Positions 36,597-50,475 of a stretch of 64,000 bases of DNA are shown here, piece after piece. Origin of the DNA: Eledone cirrhosa (Eukaryota); NCBI GenBank assembly GCA_964016885.1, contig OZ024764.1:2790001-2854000 (forward strand), in the 5' to 3' direction. Both the position numbers and the translations under genes were made by a program. Position 1 is the stretch's first letter; each line of letters opens with the position of its first letter. The notes beneath the pieces are model-generated. The model was given only the letters and a program-made list of their open reading frames with translations. It did not search any database and was not told the DNA's origin.

Positions 36597-39500
36597 GATC
36601 CGTTGGATGTGCAATGTGAATGTGTGTGAACGACCCAGCATGAATGTGTTGAGATAGAAACTGTGTCTGAGAGGGATAGAGTGTAGTGTACGGGAGAGGA
36701 GACTGCGTTGGTATGGACATGTGATGTGTTGAGAGAGAAACTGTGTCTGAGAGGGATAGAATGTAGTGTACGGGAGAGGAGACTGAGATGGTATGGACAT
36801 GTGATGTGTTGAGAGAGAAACTGTGTCTGAGAGGGATAGAATGTAGTGTGTGGGAGAGGAGACTGAGATGGTATGGACATGTGATGTGTTGAGAGAGAAA
36901 CTGTGTCTGAGAGGGATAGAATGTAGTGTGTGGGAGAGGAGACTGAGATGGTATGGACATGTGATGTGTTGAGAGAGAAACTGTGTCTGAGAGGGATAGA
37001 ATGTAGTGTGTGGGAGAGGAGACTGAGATGGTATGGACATGTGATGTGTTGAGAGAGAAACTGTGTCTGAGAGGGATAGAATGTAGTGTGTGGGAGAGGA
37101 GACTGAGATGGTATGGACATGTGATGTGTTGAGAGAGAAACTGTGTCTGAGAGGGATAGAATGTAGTGTGTGGGAGAGGAGACTGAGATGGTATGGACAT
37201 GTGATGTGTTGAGAGAGAAACTGTGTCTGAGAGGGATAGAATGTAGTGTGTGGGAGAGGAGACTGAGATGGTATGGACATGTGATGTGTTGAGAGAGAAA
37301 CTGTGTCTGAGAGGGATAGAATGTAGTGTGTGGGAGAGGAGACTGAGATGGTATGGACATGTGATGTGTTGAGAGAGAAACTGTGTCTGAGAGGGATAGA
37401 ATGTAGTGTGTGGGAGAGGAGACTGAGATGGTATGGACATGTGATGTGTTGAGAGAGAAACTGTGTCTGAGAGGGATAGAATGTAGTGTGTGGGAGAGGA
37501 GACTGAGATGGTATGGACATGTGATGTGTTGAGAGAGAAACTGTGTCTGAGAGAGATAGAATGTAGTGTACGGGAGAGAAGACTGAGGTGGTATGGACAT
37601 GTGATGTGTTGAGAGAGAAACTGTGTCTGAGAGGGATAGAATGTAGTGTGTGGGAGAGGAGACTGAGATGGTATGGACATGTGATGTGTTGAGAGAGAAA
37701 CTGTGTCTGAGAGGGATAGAATGTAGTGTGTGGGAGAGGAGACTGAGATGGTATGGACATGTGATGTGTTGAGAGAGAAACTGTGTCTGAGAGGGATAGA
37801 ATGTAGTGTGTGGGAGAGGAGACTGAGATGGTATGGACATGTGATGTGTTGAGAGAGAAACTGTGTCTGAGAGGGATAGAATGTAGTGTGTGGGAGAGGA
37901 GACTGAGATGGTATGGACATGTGATGTGTTGAGAGAGAAACTGTGTCTGAGAGGGATAGAATGTAGTGTGTGGGAGAGGAGACTGAGATGGTATGGACAT
38001 GTGATGTGTTGAGAGAGAAACTGTGTCTGAGAGAGATAGAATGTAGTGTACGGGAGAGAAGACTGAGGTGGTATGGACATGTGATGTGTTGAGAGAGAAA
38101 CTGTGTCTGAGAGGGATAGAATGTAGTGTGTGGGAGAGGAGACTGAGATGGTATGGACATGTGATGTGTTGAGAGAGAAACTGTGTCTGAGAGGGATAGA
38201 ATGTAGTGTGTGGGAGAGGAGACTGAGATGGTATGGACATGTGATGTGTTGAGAGAGAAACTGTGTCTGAGAGAGATAGAATGTAGTGTACGGGAGAGAA
38301 GACTGAGGTGGTATGGACATGTGATGTGTTGAGAGAGAAACTGTGTCTGAGAGGGATAGAATGTAGTGTGTGGGAGAGGAGACTGAGATGGTATGGACAT
38401 GTGATGTGTTGAGAGAGAAACTGTGTCTGAGAGGGATAGAATGTAGTGTGTGGGAGAGGAGACTGAGATGGTATGGACATGTGATGTGTTGAGAGAGAAA
38501 CTGTGTCTGAGAGAGATAGAATGTAGTGTACGGGAGAGAAGACTGAGGTGGTATGGACATGTGATGTGTTGAGAGAGAAACTGTTTAAGAGGGATAGAAT
38601 GTAGTGTACGGGAGAGGAGACTGAGGTGGTATGGACATGTGATGGGCTGAGAGAGAAACTGTGTCTGAGAGAGATAGAATGTAGTGTACGGGAGAGGAGA
38701 CTGAGGTGGTATGGACATGTGATGTGTTGAGAGAGAAACTGTGTCTGAGAGAGATAGAATGTAGTGTACGGGAGAGGAGACTGAGGTGGTATGGACATGT
38801 GATGTGTTGAGAGAGAAACTGTTTAAGAGGGATAGAATGTAGTGTACGGGAGAGGAGACTGAGGTGGTATGGACATGTGATGGGCTGAGAGAGAAACTGT
38901 TTAAGAGGGATAGAATGTAGTGTACGGGAGAGGAGACTGAGGTGGTATGGACATGTGATGTGTTGAGAGAGAAACTGTGTCTGAGAGAGATAGAATGTAG
39001 TGTACGGGAGAGGAGACTGAGGTGGTATGGACATGTGATGTGTTGAGAGAGAAACTGTGTCTGAGAGAGATAGAATGTAGTGTACGGGAGAGGAGACTGA
39101 GGTGGTATGGACATGTGATGTGTTGAGAGAGAAACTGTTTAAGAGGGATAGAATGTAGTGTACGGGAGAGGAGACTGAGGTGGTATGGACATGTGATGGG
39201 CTGAGAGAGAAACTGTTTAAGAGGGATAGAATGTAGTGTACGGGAGAGGAGACTGAGGTGGTATGGACATGTGATGTGTTGAGAGAGAAACTGTGTCTGA
39301 GAGGGATAGAATGTAGTGTACGGGAGAGGAGACTGAGGTGGTATGGACATGTGATGTGTTGAGAGAGAAACTGTGTCTGAGAGGGATAGAATGTAGTGTA
39401 CGGGAGAGGAGACTGAGGTGGTATGGACATGTGATGTGTTGAGAGAGAAACTGTGTCTGAGAGGGATAGAATGTAGTGTACGGGAGAGAAGACTGAGGTG

Positions 39501-42500
39501 GTATGGACATGTGATGTGTTGAGAGAGAAACTGTGTCTGAGAGGGATAGAATGTAGTGTACGGGAGAGGAGACTGAGGTGGTATGGACATGTGATGTGTT
39601 GAGAGAGAAACTGTGTCTGAGAGGGATAGAATGTAGTGTGTGGGAGAGGAGACTGAGGTGGTATGGACATGTGATGTGTTGAGAGAGAAACTGTGTCTGA
39701 GAGGGATAGAATGTAGTGTGTGGGAGAGGAGACTGAGGTGGTATGGACATGTGATGTGTTGAGAGAGAAACTGTGTCTGAGAGGGATAGAATGTAGTGTA
39801 CGGGAGAGGAGACTGCGGTGGTATGGACATGTGATATGTTGAGAGAGAAACTGTGTCTGAGAGGGATAGAATGTAGTGTGTGGGAGAGGAGACTGAGGTG
39901 GTATGGACATGTGATGTGTTGAGAGAGAAACTGTGTCTGAGAGGGATAGAATGTAGTGTGTGGGAGAGGAGACTGAGGTGGTATGGACATGTGATGTGTT
40001 GAGAGAGAAACTGTGTCTGAGAGGGATAGAATGTAGTGTACGGGAGAGGAGACTGCGGTGGTATGGACATGTGATATGTTGAGAGAGAAACTGTGTCTGA
40101 GAGGGATAGAATGTAGTGTGTGGGAGAGGAGACTGCGGTGGTATGGACATGTGATGTGTTGAGAGAGAAACTGTGTCTGAGAGGGATAGAATGTAGTGTA
40201 CGGGAGAGGAGACTGAGGTGGTATGGACATGTGATGTGTTGAGAGAGAAACTGTGTCTGAGAGGGATAGAATGTAGTGTACGGGAGAGAAGACTGAGGTG
40301 GTATGGACATGTGATGTGTTGAGAGAGAAACTGTGTCTGAGAGGGATAGAATGTAGTGTACGGGAGAGGAGACTGAGGTGGTATGGACATGTGATGTGTT
40401 GAGAGAGAAACTGTGTCTGAGAGGGATAGAATGTAGTGTGTGGGAGAGGAGACTGAGGTGGTATGGACATGTGATGTGTTGAGAGAGAAACTGTGTCTGA
40501 GAGGGATAGAATGTAGTGTGTGGGAGAGGAGACTGAGGTGGTATGGACATGTGATGTGTTGAGAGAGAAACTGTGTCTGAGAGGGATAGAATGTAGTGTG
40601 TGGGAGAGGAGACTGAGGTGGTATGGACATGTGATGTGTTGAGAGAGAAACTGTGTCTGAGAGGGATAGAATGTAGTGTACGGGAGAGGAGACTGCGGTG
40701 GTATGGACATGTGATATGTTGAGAGAGAAACTGTGTCTGAGAGGGATAGAATGTAGTGTGTGGGAGAGGAGACTGAGGTGGTATGGACATGTGATGTGTT
40801 GAGAGAGAAACTGTGTCTGAGAGGGATAGAATGTAGTGTACGGGAGAGGAGACTGAGGTGGTATGGACATGTGATGTGTTGAGAGAGAAACTGTGTCTGA
40901 GAGGGATAGAATGTAGTGTACGGGAGAGAAGACTGAGGTGGTATGGACATGTGATGTGTTGAGAGAGAAACTGTGTCTGAGAGGGATAGAATGTAGTGTA
41001 CGGGAGAGGAGACTGAGGTGGTATGGACATGTGATGTGTTGAGAGAGAAACTGTGTCTGAGAGGGATAGAATGTAGTGTACGGGAGAGGAGACTGAGGTG
41101 GTATGGAGATGTGATGTGTTGAGAGAGAAACTGTGTCTGAGAGGGATAGAATGTAGTGTACGGGAGAGAAGACTGAGGTGGTATGGACATGTGATGTGTT
41201 GAGAGAGAAACTGTGTCTGAGAGGGATAGAATGTAGTGTACGGGAGAGGAGACTGAGGTGGTATGGACATGTGATGTGTTGAGAGAGAAACTGTGTCTGA
41301 GAGGGATAGAATGTAGTGTACGGGAGAGGAGACTGAGGTGGTATGGACATGTGATGTGTTGAGAGAGAAACTGTGTCTGAGAGGGATAGAATGTAGTGTA
41401 CGGGAGAGAAGACTGAGGTGGTATGGACATGTGATGTGTTGAGAGAGAAACTGTGTCTGAGAGGGATAGAATGTAGTGTACGGGAGAGGAGACTGAGGTG
41501 GTATGGACATGTGATGGGCTGAGAGAGAAACTGTGTCTGAGAGAGATAGAATGTAGTGTACGGGAGAGGAGACTGAGGTGGTATGGACATGTGATGTGTT
41601 GAGAGAGAAACTGTGTCTGAGAGAGATAGAATGTAGTGTACGGGAGAGGAGACTGAGGTGGTATGGACATGTGATGTGTTGAGAGAGAAACTGTTTAAGA
41701 GGGATAGAATGTAGTGTACGGGAGAGGAGACTGAGGTGGTATGGACATGTGATGGGCTGAGAGAGAAACTGTTTAAGAGGGATAGAATGTAGTGTACGGG
41801 AGAGGAGACTGAGGTGGTATGGACATGTGATGTGTTGAGAGAGAAACTGTGTCTGAGAGAGATAGAATGTAGTGTACGGGAGTGGAGACTGAGGTGGTAT
41901 GGACATGTGATGTGTTGAGAGAGAAACTGTGTCTGAGAGAGATAGAATGTAGTGTACGGGAGAGGAGACTGAGGTGGTATGGACATGTGATGTGTTGAGA
42001 GAGAAACTGTTTAAGAGGGATAGAATGTAGTGTACGGGAGAGGAGACTGAGGTGGTATGGACATGTGATGGGCTGAGAGAGAAACTGTTTAAGAGGGATA
42101 GAATGTAGTGTACGGGAGAGGAGACTGAGGTGGTATGGACATGTGATGTGTTGAGAGAGAAACTGTGTCTGAGAGGGATAGAATGTAGTGTACGGGAGAG
42201 GAGACTGAGGTGGTATGGACATGTGATGTGTTGAGAGAGAAACTGTGTCTGAGAGGGATAGAATGTAGTGTACGGGAGAGGAGACTGAGGTGGTATGGAC
42301 ATGTGATGTGTTGAGAGAGAAACTGTGTCTGAGAGGGATAGAATGTAGTGTACGGGAGAGAAGACTGAGGTGGTATGGACATGTGATGTGTTGAGAGAGA
42401 AACTGTGTCTGAGAGGGATAGAATGTAGTGTACGGGAGAGGAGACTGAGGTGGTATGGACATGTGATGTGTTGAGAGAGAAACTGTGTCTGAGAGGGATA

Positions 42501-44471
42501 GAATGTAGTGTGTGGGAGAGGAGACTGAGGTGGTATGGACATGTGATGTGTTGAGAGAGAAACTGTGTCTGAGAGGGATAGAATGTAGTGTGTGGGAGAG
42601 GAGACTGAGGTGGTATGGACATGTGATGTGTTGAGAGAGAAACTGTGTCTGAGAGGGATAGAATGTAGTGTACGGGAGAGGAGACTGCGGTGGTATGGAC
42701 ATGTGATATGTTGAGAGAGAAACTGTGTCTGAGAGGGATAGAATGTAGTGTGTGGGAGAGGAGACTGAGGTGGTATGGACATGTGATGTGTTGAGAGAGA
42801 AACTGTGTCTGAGAGGGATAGAATGTAGTGTGTGGGAGAGGAGACTGAGGTGGTATGGACATGTGATGTGTTGAGAGAGAAACTGTGTCTGAGAGGGATA
42901 GAATGTAGTGTACGGGAGAGGAGACTGCGGTGGTATGGACATGTGATATGTTGAGAGAGAAACTGTGTCTGAGAGGGATAGAATGTAGTGTGTGGGAGAG
43001 GAGACTGAGGTGGTATGGACATGTGATGTGTTGAGAGAGAAACTGTGTCTGAGAGGGATAGAATGTAGTGTACGGGAGAGGAGACTGAGGTGGTATGGAC
43101 ATGTGATGTGTTGAGAGAGAAACTGTGTCTGAGAGGGATAGAATGTAGTGTACGGGAGAGAAGACTGAGGTGGTATGGACATGTGATGTGTTGAGAGAGA
43201 AACTGTGTCTGAGAGGGATAGAATGTAGTGTACGGGAGAGGAGACTGAGGTGGTATGGACATGTGATGTGTTGAGAGAGAAACTGTGTCTGAGAGGGATA
43301 GAATGTAGTGTGTGGGAGAGGAGACTGAGGTGGTATGGACATGTGATGTGTTGAGAGAGAAACTGTGTCTGAGAGGGATAGAATGTAGTGTGTGGGAGAG
43401 GAGACTGAGGTGGTATGGACATGTGATGTGTTGAGAGAGAAACTGTGTCTGAGAGGGATAGAATGTAGTGTGTGGGAGAGGAGACTGAGGTGGTATGGAC
43501 ATGTGATGTGTTGAGAGAGAAACTGTGTCTGAGAGGGATAGAATGTAGTGTACGGGAGAGGAGACTGCGGTGGTATGGACATGTGATATGTTGAGAGAGA
43601 AACTGTGTCTGAGAGGGATAGAATGTAGTGTGTGGGAGAGGAGACTGAGGTGGTATGGACATGTGATGTGTTGAGAGAGAAACTGTGTCTGAGAGGGATA
43701 GAATGTAGTGTACGGGAGAGGAGACTGAGGTGGTATGGACATGTGATGTGTTGAGAGAGAAACTGTGTCTGAGAGGGATAGAATGTAGTGTACGGGAGAG
43801 AAGACTGAGGTGGTATGGACATGTGATGTGTTGAGAGAGAAACTGTGTCTGAGAGGGATAGAATGTAGTGTACGGGAGAGGAGACTGAGGTGGTATGGAC
43901 ATGTGATGTGTTGAGAGAGAAACTGTGTCTGAGAGGGATAGAATGTAGTGTACGGGAGAGGAGACTGAGGTGGTATGGAGATGTGATGTGTTGAGAGAGA
44001 AACTGTGTCTGAGAGGGATAGAATGTAGTGTACGGGAGAGAAGACTGAGGTGGTATGGACATGTGATGTGTTGAGAGAGAAACTGTGTCTGAGAGGGATA
44101 GAATGTAGTGTACGGGAGAGGAGACTGAGGTGGTATGGAGATGTGATGTGTTGAGAGAGAAACTGTGTCTGAGAGGGATAGAATGTAGTGTGCGGGAGAG
44201 GAGACTGAGGTGGTATAGACATGTGATGCGCATGGAGGATGACCGATGGGTGAAGAAGTGCCAGGAAATGCCAGTTGAAGGAAGACATTGTAGAGGTAGA
44301 CCACGAAAAACATGGGCGGAGGTGGTGAGAACAGACCTCAGATCGCTGAAGCTCACAGTGGAGATGACAAAGGACGGTGACAAGTGGAGAGATGCTGTGC
44401 TGAATAGGACCCGTCCCACCCTTGCAAGCAGGGAAAAGCGGACGTATGATGATGATGATGATGATGATGAT
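36597..44471 (+). mobile_element. RTE family I 3' fragment expanded internally by the 80-bp array
   Basis: Left flank CCGTTGGATGTGCAATGTGAATG...GACCCAGCATGAATG and right flank ATGCGCATGGAGGATGACC...(GAT)n both match 11316-11676. Confidence 0.93.
36645..44228 (+). repeat. 80-bp satellite (about 95 copies; some 78-bp variants)
   Basis: Unit ATGTGTTGAGAGAGAAACTGTGTCTGAGAGGGATAGAATGTAGTGTACGGGAGAGGAGACTGAGGTGGTATGGACATGTG. Confidence 0.98.
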
Positions 44472-44614
44472 AAACACTTTAAAACAGTTTTTCTTTAAAT
44501 CAGAACCTGCGATGGTTTTAGGCGGTATTGCATGAAAAGGTTTAAATTAACAGTGAAAGGGAGATAAATCTGATATTTCTTTACTTTATCTATGTGTAGA
44601 TTCTTTCGGGCTCT

Positions 44615-45095
44615 ACCAGCTTTCCTGGCTGGCCGCCTTCCCCCTCATGCTGCTCTGAACACGGTCATAAGGCATGGCATGGATGCTGCAGGCTTTACCT
44701 CCCAGCTCCAGCCAGTGGGGCTGGACCGAGGGGACCGCAAAAGGCCAGGCGTCATGACCATCTACCCTTCGTCTGGAATGCCACATACGGTGACACTTTC
44801 TCCAGCGGCAACCTGGTGTAGTGTGCGACTTACCCAGGCTCTGTTGCAGTTCGGGTTGAAGAGACCAAACTCTGCAAGTACCGACCGCTCTCCGACAGGT
44901 ATACGGTCGTGCCCCAAGCAGTGGAGACTTTTGGTGTCCTTGGCCCTAGGGCTACCTCCCTACTTACCATCATAGGTGCTGAGCTGGCGAGATGGAATGA
45001 CTCTTCCAGAGCATCTCCCTTACCATCCTCCGGGGAAAGGCCTTCTCTATTCTGTGGGACCCCATTTGCTCATAATACAGAGAGATGGCGAGAGC
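44615..45095 (+). mobile_element. Degenerate CRE-like non-LTR retrotransposon C-terminus (restriction-like endonuclease)
   Basis: GRLPPHAALNTVIRHG..AGFTSQLQPVGLDRGDRKRPGVMT...AVETFGVLGP. Confidence 0.7.
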
Positions 45096-45199
45096 GGGAG
45101 AGATGTTTACTTCTATTTATTCGATATGACAGTATCTAATTAGAATTTTAGCTGCAAAAAGAGTGAATTTTATTAAGTCTTGCACTAAACAAATCAGTC

Positions 45200-46210
45200 A
45201 CATACACATGTCACCGCCCCAGTCTCTCCCGCTCTCCCCATCTCTCATGTACACCAGGTCCCAACACAGAGGAACCAAACTACCACTGCCACCGCCTCTG
45301 ACTCTCCCTCTCTCTCACTATTATGAGCAAATAGTGGCCCACACGCCGGCCACCCCACTTCTCCGGCAGACAGAATAGAGAAGGTGTTTCCCCGGAGGAC
45401 AGCGAGGGAGATGCGCTGGAAGAGCCATTCCAGCTCCCGAGGGTCACTCCTACGGGTAGCCAATGCTGTACCGGTGGTGGTAAGTAAAGAGGTGGGCCTA
45501 GGGCCAAGGACACCAGAAGTCTCCACTGCTACAGGTAGCCAACTCTGTGGTGAGTAGGGAGGTGGTCATGGGGCCAAAGACATCAGAAGTCTCCATTGTT
45601 AGGGGCTCGACTGCAAACTTGTTGGAGAGTGACCGATACTTGGCGAGTTTACACTCCTCAGCCCGAAGTGCAGCAGAGCCTGGGTTAGTCGTACACTACA
45701 TCAGGTTGCCGCTGGAGAAAGTGTCGCTGCATGTGTATCCCGGATGAGGGGTCTATCACCGCGGAACTGGAAGATGGTCATGCCGCGAGGCCTTTTGAAG
45801 TCCCCTCGGTCCAGCCCCAACGGCTCGAATTGGGAGGGGAAGACTGCAGCATCCAAGCCATGCTTTATGACCTCGTTGAGTGCAGTATGGCGTGGAAGGC
45901 GGGTGGAGGCCAAAAGAGTCCACGGCGGAACCGCATCAACATTTGTGTGGCTCGCAGATCCGGAGGCCGAGTCTCTGGAAAACCCCGATGTGCAGGCTAT
46001 CGTTGTCCAACTGCGTGTCAGTTGCAAAGGAGGGTAAGGCATAGAGCTAGGCACCGCTGTGGGGCCGAGCGAAAACATGCGAGGCGGTGCTGGTTGAGCT
46101 AGTCTGTCCGAGGCATATCATGTTCTGAGGGGATTTGACATCAACAGGGGGAAAGAGAAGAAGGGACGTCTACTGGGCTGAGTCTGAGCCGGTTCCAAGT
46201 CTCTCAGGTG
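45200..46210 (-). mobile_element. Second CRE-like fragment, tail-to-tail with the first
   Basis: PRHTALNEVIKHGLDAAVFPSQFEPLGLDRGDFKRP...ETSGVLGP...WLFQRISLAVLRGN. Confidence 0.72.
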
Positions 46211-46259
46211 GCCTCACGTTTCTCGACCACAATGGCTACCATTGTCTTTTGGAGACCCG

Positions 46260-46580
46260 CTAAGCGTCAACCTCCCTCCTACCTTCATGGTGTTGTATCC
46301 TCTCACTGTCCCTCCCCTTGCGTTTACTTAGCGTCAATCTCCCTCCTACCTTGATCCTATTATCACCTCTTACTTTCCCTCCCTCTACGTTGCCTTAGCA
46401 TCAACCTGCCTCCTACCCTTACGCTGTTGTCTCCTCTCACTTCCCTCCCTTTATGTTTATCAACCTCGCTCCTACCTTCATCCTGTTATTACCTCTCACT
46501 TCCCCTCTAATTGTTGGCCTAGCTTCAACCTCCCTCCTACCTTCATTCTGTTGCTTCTCTTACTTTCCCTCCCTTTGTTA
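46260..46580 (+). repeat. Degenerate pyrimidine-rich tandem repeat (about 60-70 bp, 5 copies)
   Basis: Recurring TCAACCTCCCTCCTACCTT...CCTCTCACTTCCCT. Confidence 0.75.
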
Positions 46581-47339
46581 GCTTTGCTAAAATATGACGC
46601 TCCATCTTGAATAAAAATATTTTTATCAAATGTTTTATACGTGTACCACAATACAGCGAAAAAAAAAAAATCATATTTGATCTCCCAATGAGATGAAACA
46701 GAACAAAAAATATTAGGAAAATATATAAATTTATTTAAAAAGATGAACTGACATTAGGGATAGAATTCGTAATAAAGAATAGAAGATAATTGTAAATAAT
46801 AATGCTTTTAAAAATTAGTGCATGATAATAATAAAAATATATTCGTCTCGCATCACGATGAAACAGAATAAAAGATAGGAAAATATATAAACTTATTTAA
46901 AAGGATGAGCAAACATTAGATTAGAATTCGTAACAAAGCATAGAAAAATATTGTAAATAATTATTTTTCCCTTTTTTTAATTAGTGGATGATAACGATAA
47001 TAAAAATATTTATTTTGTATTAACTGAAAATAGTAATAAAGATATGAAGTGAATATATAAGAATTATATAAAAATAATTTTAAAACGAATAATGGGAGAG
47101 AGTATATGTTAATATATGTTAATTATGGAGTTTCCAAAATGGAATCGGAAAAAATACATTTAAAATAATTCGTAATTTTTTCCTTTTTTTTTCTTATGTA
47201 AAGACATATTTAAAATAATATATCGAGAATACCAAAATAAAAAATTAAGAAATTAAGAAAAAAAAACAAAAAGGAAAGAAGCATAATTTAAAATACTAAA
47301 ATATTTTAGTACGAAACTACAGCTGTGAAAAGTGTGGCT

Positions 47340-47480
47340 AGCTTAGCTAATTAACAATGGCATCTCGTTAGAATATTGAGAAGAAAAGGGGCCGGAAAAA
47401 CATAGAGTAAAGACGACATATATATTATATATACATGTATATATAAATATATATATTCATCATTTAGATGTTAGGTAAGT
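47340..47480 (+). promoter_or_regulatory. Candidate promoter or non-coding first exon ending at consensus donor AG|GTAAGT (47475)
   Basis: YY1-like AACAATGGC, ETS-like CCGGAA and a perfect donor lie upstream of the acceptor at 53938. Confidence 0.3.
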
Positions 47481-47663
47481 ATAAGACACAACACATACGT
47501 ATTTCTTTCAATGTCTAAAGTGATTGCTTAAAATAACGTTGTTCCCGTTGATCTGATGAGTTTCAGAAACTCTTTATATATAAATAAATAAATATATATA
47601 TCCTGGGTTCGATCGGGGTTAACCACAGTTTGTAAGGTATTCAATACATAACAGAGTGTGAAT

Positions 47664-47798
47664 ATTTAATATATAAATGGCTTATACAGGACTAGAACTG
47701 TTTCATTTGAAGGAAATCATCGGGAAAGGACTTTTCCCGATGATTTTCTTCGAATGAAACAGTTCTAGTCCTGTAGAAGCCATTTATATATTAAATAT
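47664..47798. repeat. Fold-back of hammerhead family A (core mutated to CCGATGA)
   Basis: Arms match 21178-21323; further copies at about 25540-25580, 26090-26140 and 49598-49702. Confidence 0.8.
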
Positions 47799-47904
47799 GT
47801 ATATATGTGTGCATCTATCCATCTGTATATATGTATATTATTTATATATATAAATATTATATATATATATAAATAATATATATATATATAAATAATATAT
47901 ATAT

Positions 47905-47937
<33 letters not shown>

Positions 47938-48046
47938 TAAATATATATATATATACACACAGATTTCATTATTCTGTAAATACTCCGTCATTCCAATGTG
48001 GAAAAAGTATGTTAAGTTCTTGAATGGAATTGCATAATATTTTATA

Positions 48047-48104
<58 letters not shown>

Positions 48105-48996
48105 AACAAATGCGCATAATAAAATACATGGAACTCTTTTAACCATCTTTTGTTCTTATATATTATGTATACTCCAGTCCTACACTGTAGAGTGCTTCTT
48201 ATCCGATATCTGCATTGCTTTATTGTACTACAATAAAAACTCACCTCCTACACACATATATATATATATATACACACATATATATATATAAGTATTTCAT
48301 ATATCCATAATAAAGATTTCTGATGAGCGATATCAGACGTTTCTGCTAGAATGGAATAATTATATTGCGTTGTTTATTATTACATAATTAATATAAAAAA
48401 TGTATGTATATAACTAAGGAATAGTTTATCACTCGACATGGCTGTATACAATATATGTAATGTGAGTTTTTCGAAAATTATTAATAATATTCGATTCGTT
48501 TGCAATTATGCAAACACCTTCTTTAAAGCCATGTCAGTTGAATGACCCCATCATTCTGGCTTTTGTGTTAGCATATAAAGAGAACTGCATATATATATAT
48601 ATATGAATTAGCCGTCGAAACGGCTTGAGCTCAGCCGTCGGGGTCTTACTGGTTCCTATTACCCACTCTACTACCCTAATTATTGAGTACTTTGGTGCGT
48701 TATGGTCCACCTGGTTCCTTACCACATTTCCTTCGTTACATATATATATATATATATATAAATGAAGTAATTCCATCGGAAAAGTCCAGGAAAAAAGAGT
48801 GCTCTATGTATGCAACAGAGCTTAATTATTATTAGGTTTTTAGAATCCATAGAAATTATTATTAGGTTTTTAGAATCCATATTCAATAAACAAACCAGGA
48901 TTTTTCATTCTGAGGATTGAAAGCAAAACCTTTTGCTTTTAAGAAACCACTGGTAAATGGAATAATTGCCTTATGTTGTTTATTATATATGTATAT

Positions 48997-49185
48997 GGGC
49001 GGTGGATTGGCAGTATCAGTAGAGGGTCGGACGCCATGCTTTCCAGCATAGTTACGTCCCTTTACGATCTGAGTTCAAATCCCGCCGAGGTTGACTTTGC
49101 CTTTCATCCTTACGGGGTCGATAAAATAAAGTACCAGTAATGCACTGGGTAATTGCTGGCCTTGTGCCTAAAGTAGAAACAATTA
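48997..49185 (+). mobile_element. SINE family 2, full length
   Basis: GGGCGGTGGATTGGCAG...GAGTTCAAATCCC...AAAGTAGAAACAATTA. Confidence 0.87.
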
Positions 49186-50475
49186 TATATATATATATAT
49201 ATAGATACATACACACACACGCATATATATATATATATATATATATAGGAAAAAGTATGACCCCAATGGCAGAGCTCAAGCCGTTTCGACGGCTATTTCT
49301 GGACTATTTGTAGTCCACAAATATCCGTTGAAACGGCTTGAGCTCTGCCGTCGGGGTCATACCTTTTCCTATTTCCCACTCTACTACCCTAAGTATAGAG
49401 TACTCTGGTGCGTTATGGTCCATCTGGTTCCTTACCACAATTCCTTTGTTATACATATATATACATACGTACCCCTCTCTCTCTCTCTATATATATATAA
49501 TTAAAAGTGGATTCCCGATGGGGATCGGGGAAATAATCACAGCTAAAAAAAGGTACTCAATACGTTGACAGACTGTAGATATCTTTATTTTGGTAGAGAA
49601 ATGACTTCTACAGGTCTAGAACTGTTTCATTCGTATGAATCAGGACTTTCCTGATGATTTCATAGGAATCAAACAGTTCCAATCTTGTAGAAGTCATTTC
49701 TATACAATATATATATATATGTAATAAACAACATAAGATAATTATTTCATTTACCAGTGGTTTCTTGAAAGCAAATATATCTGTTTTCAGTCGTCAGAAT
49801 GAATAAAACATGGTGTTTTTATTAAATAATCCATATTTAATAAAAACACCATGTTTTATTCATTCTGACAACTGAAAATAGATATATCTGCTTTCAAGAA
49901 ACCACTGGTAAATGAAATAATTATCTTATGTTGTTTACTACATAACTAATAAGCTCTGTAGCCTACATAGAGCACTCTTTTTTCCTGTACCTTTCCGATG
50001 GAATTATTTTATATATATATATATATAAAGAAATTAAAAGATGGTTAAAAGAGTACCATATATTTTATTATGCGCATTTCGAATACAAAATCATCCTGGG
50101 ACAAAAATTGTATTCTCATCAGATAAAATAAGGTAACATGATATGAGGCATAATAGCTCTTGTTTACAGGAAAGTGCTAAGTCAACCTATGATACTATAG
50201 TAAGAAATAGATAGGAAAATAGAAGATATATAGAATATATATATATATATATATGTAAAAGTTCTATTTAAATTGTTGGGGTACAACAAGCAAATATTTT
50301 TATAACTGCTATAAAGCACTCAACAAATATTTGGAGTAAAAATATGATATTAACTATCCGGGAGCTTCCAACAGAAATGGTTGCATTCTTTAAGGGTGTG
50401 TCAATATTTATTTATAAAACTGCTCTATATTATATTTTATCTGATGAAAGCACACCATAATTTAACTTGGTGTCC

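Noticed and set aside
36394-44477. Huge minus-strand ORFs (up to 1858 aa)
   Set aside because: The 80-bp unit has no stop on the minus strand in any frame; the ORFs are antisense to LINE sequence and cycle the same peptide.
46685-47005. Two diverged about 165-bp AT-rich direct copies
   Set aside because: Real but an ordinary old tandem duplication with no further structure seen.
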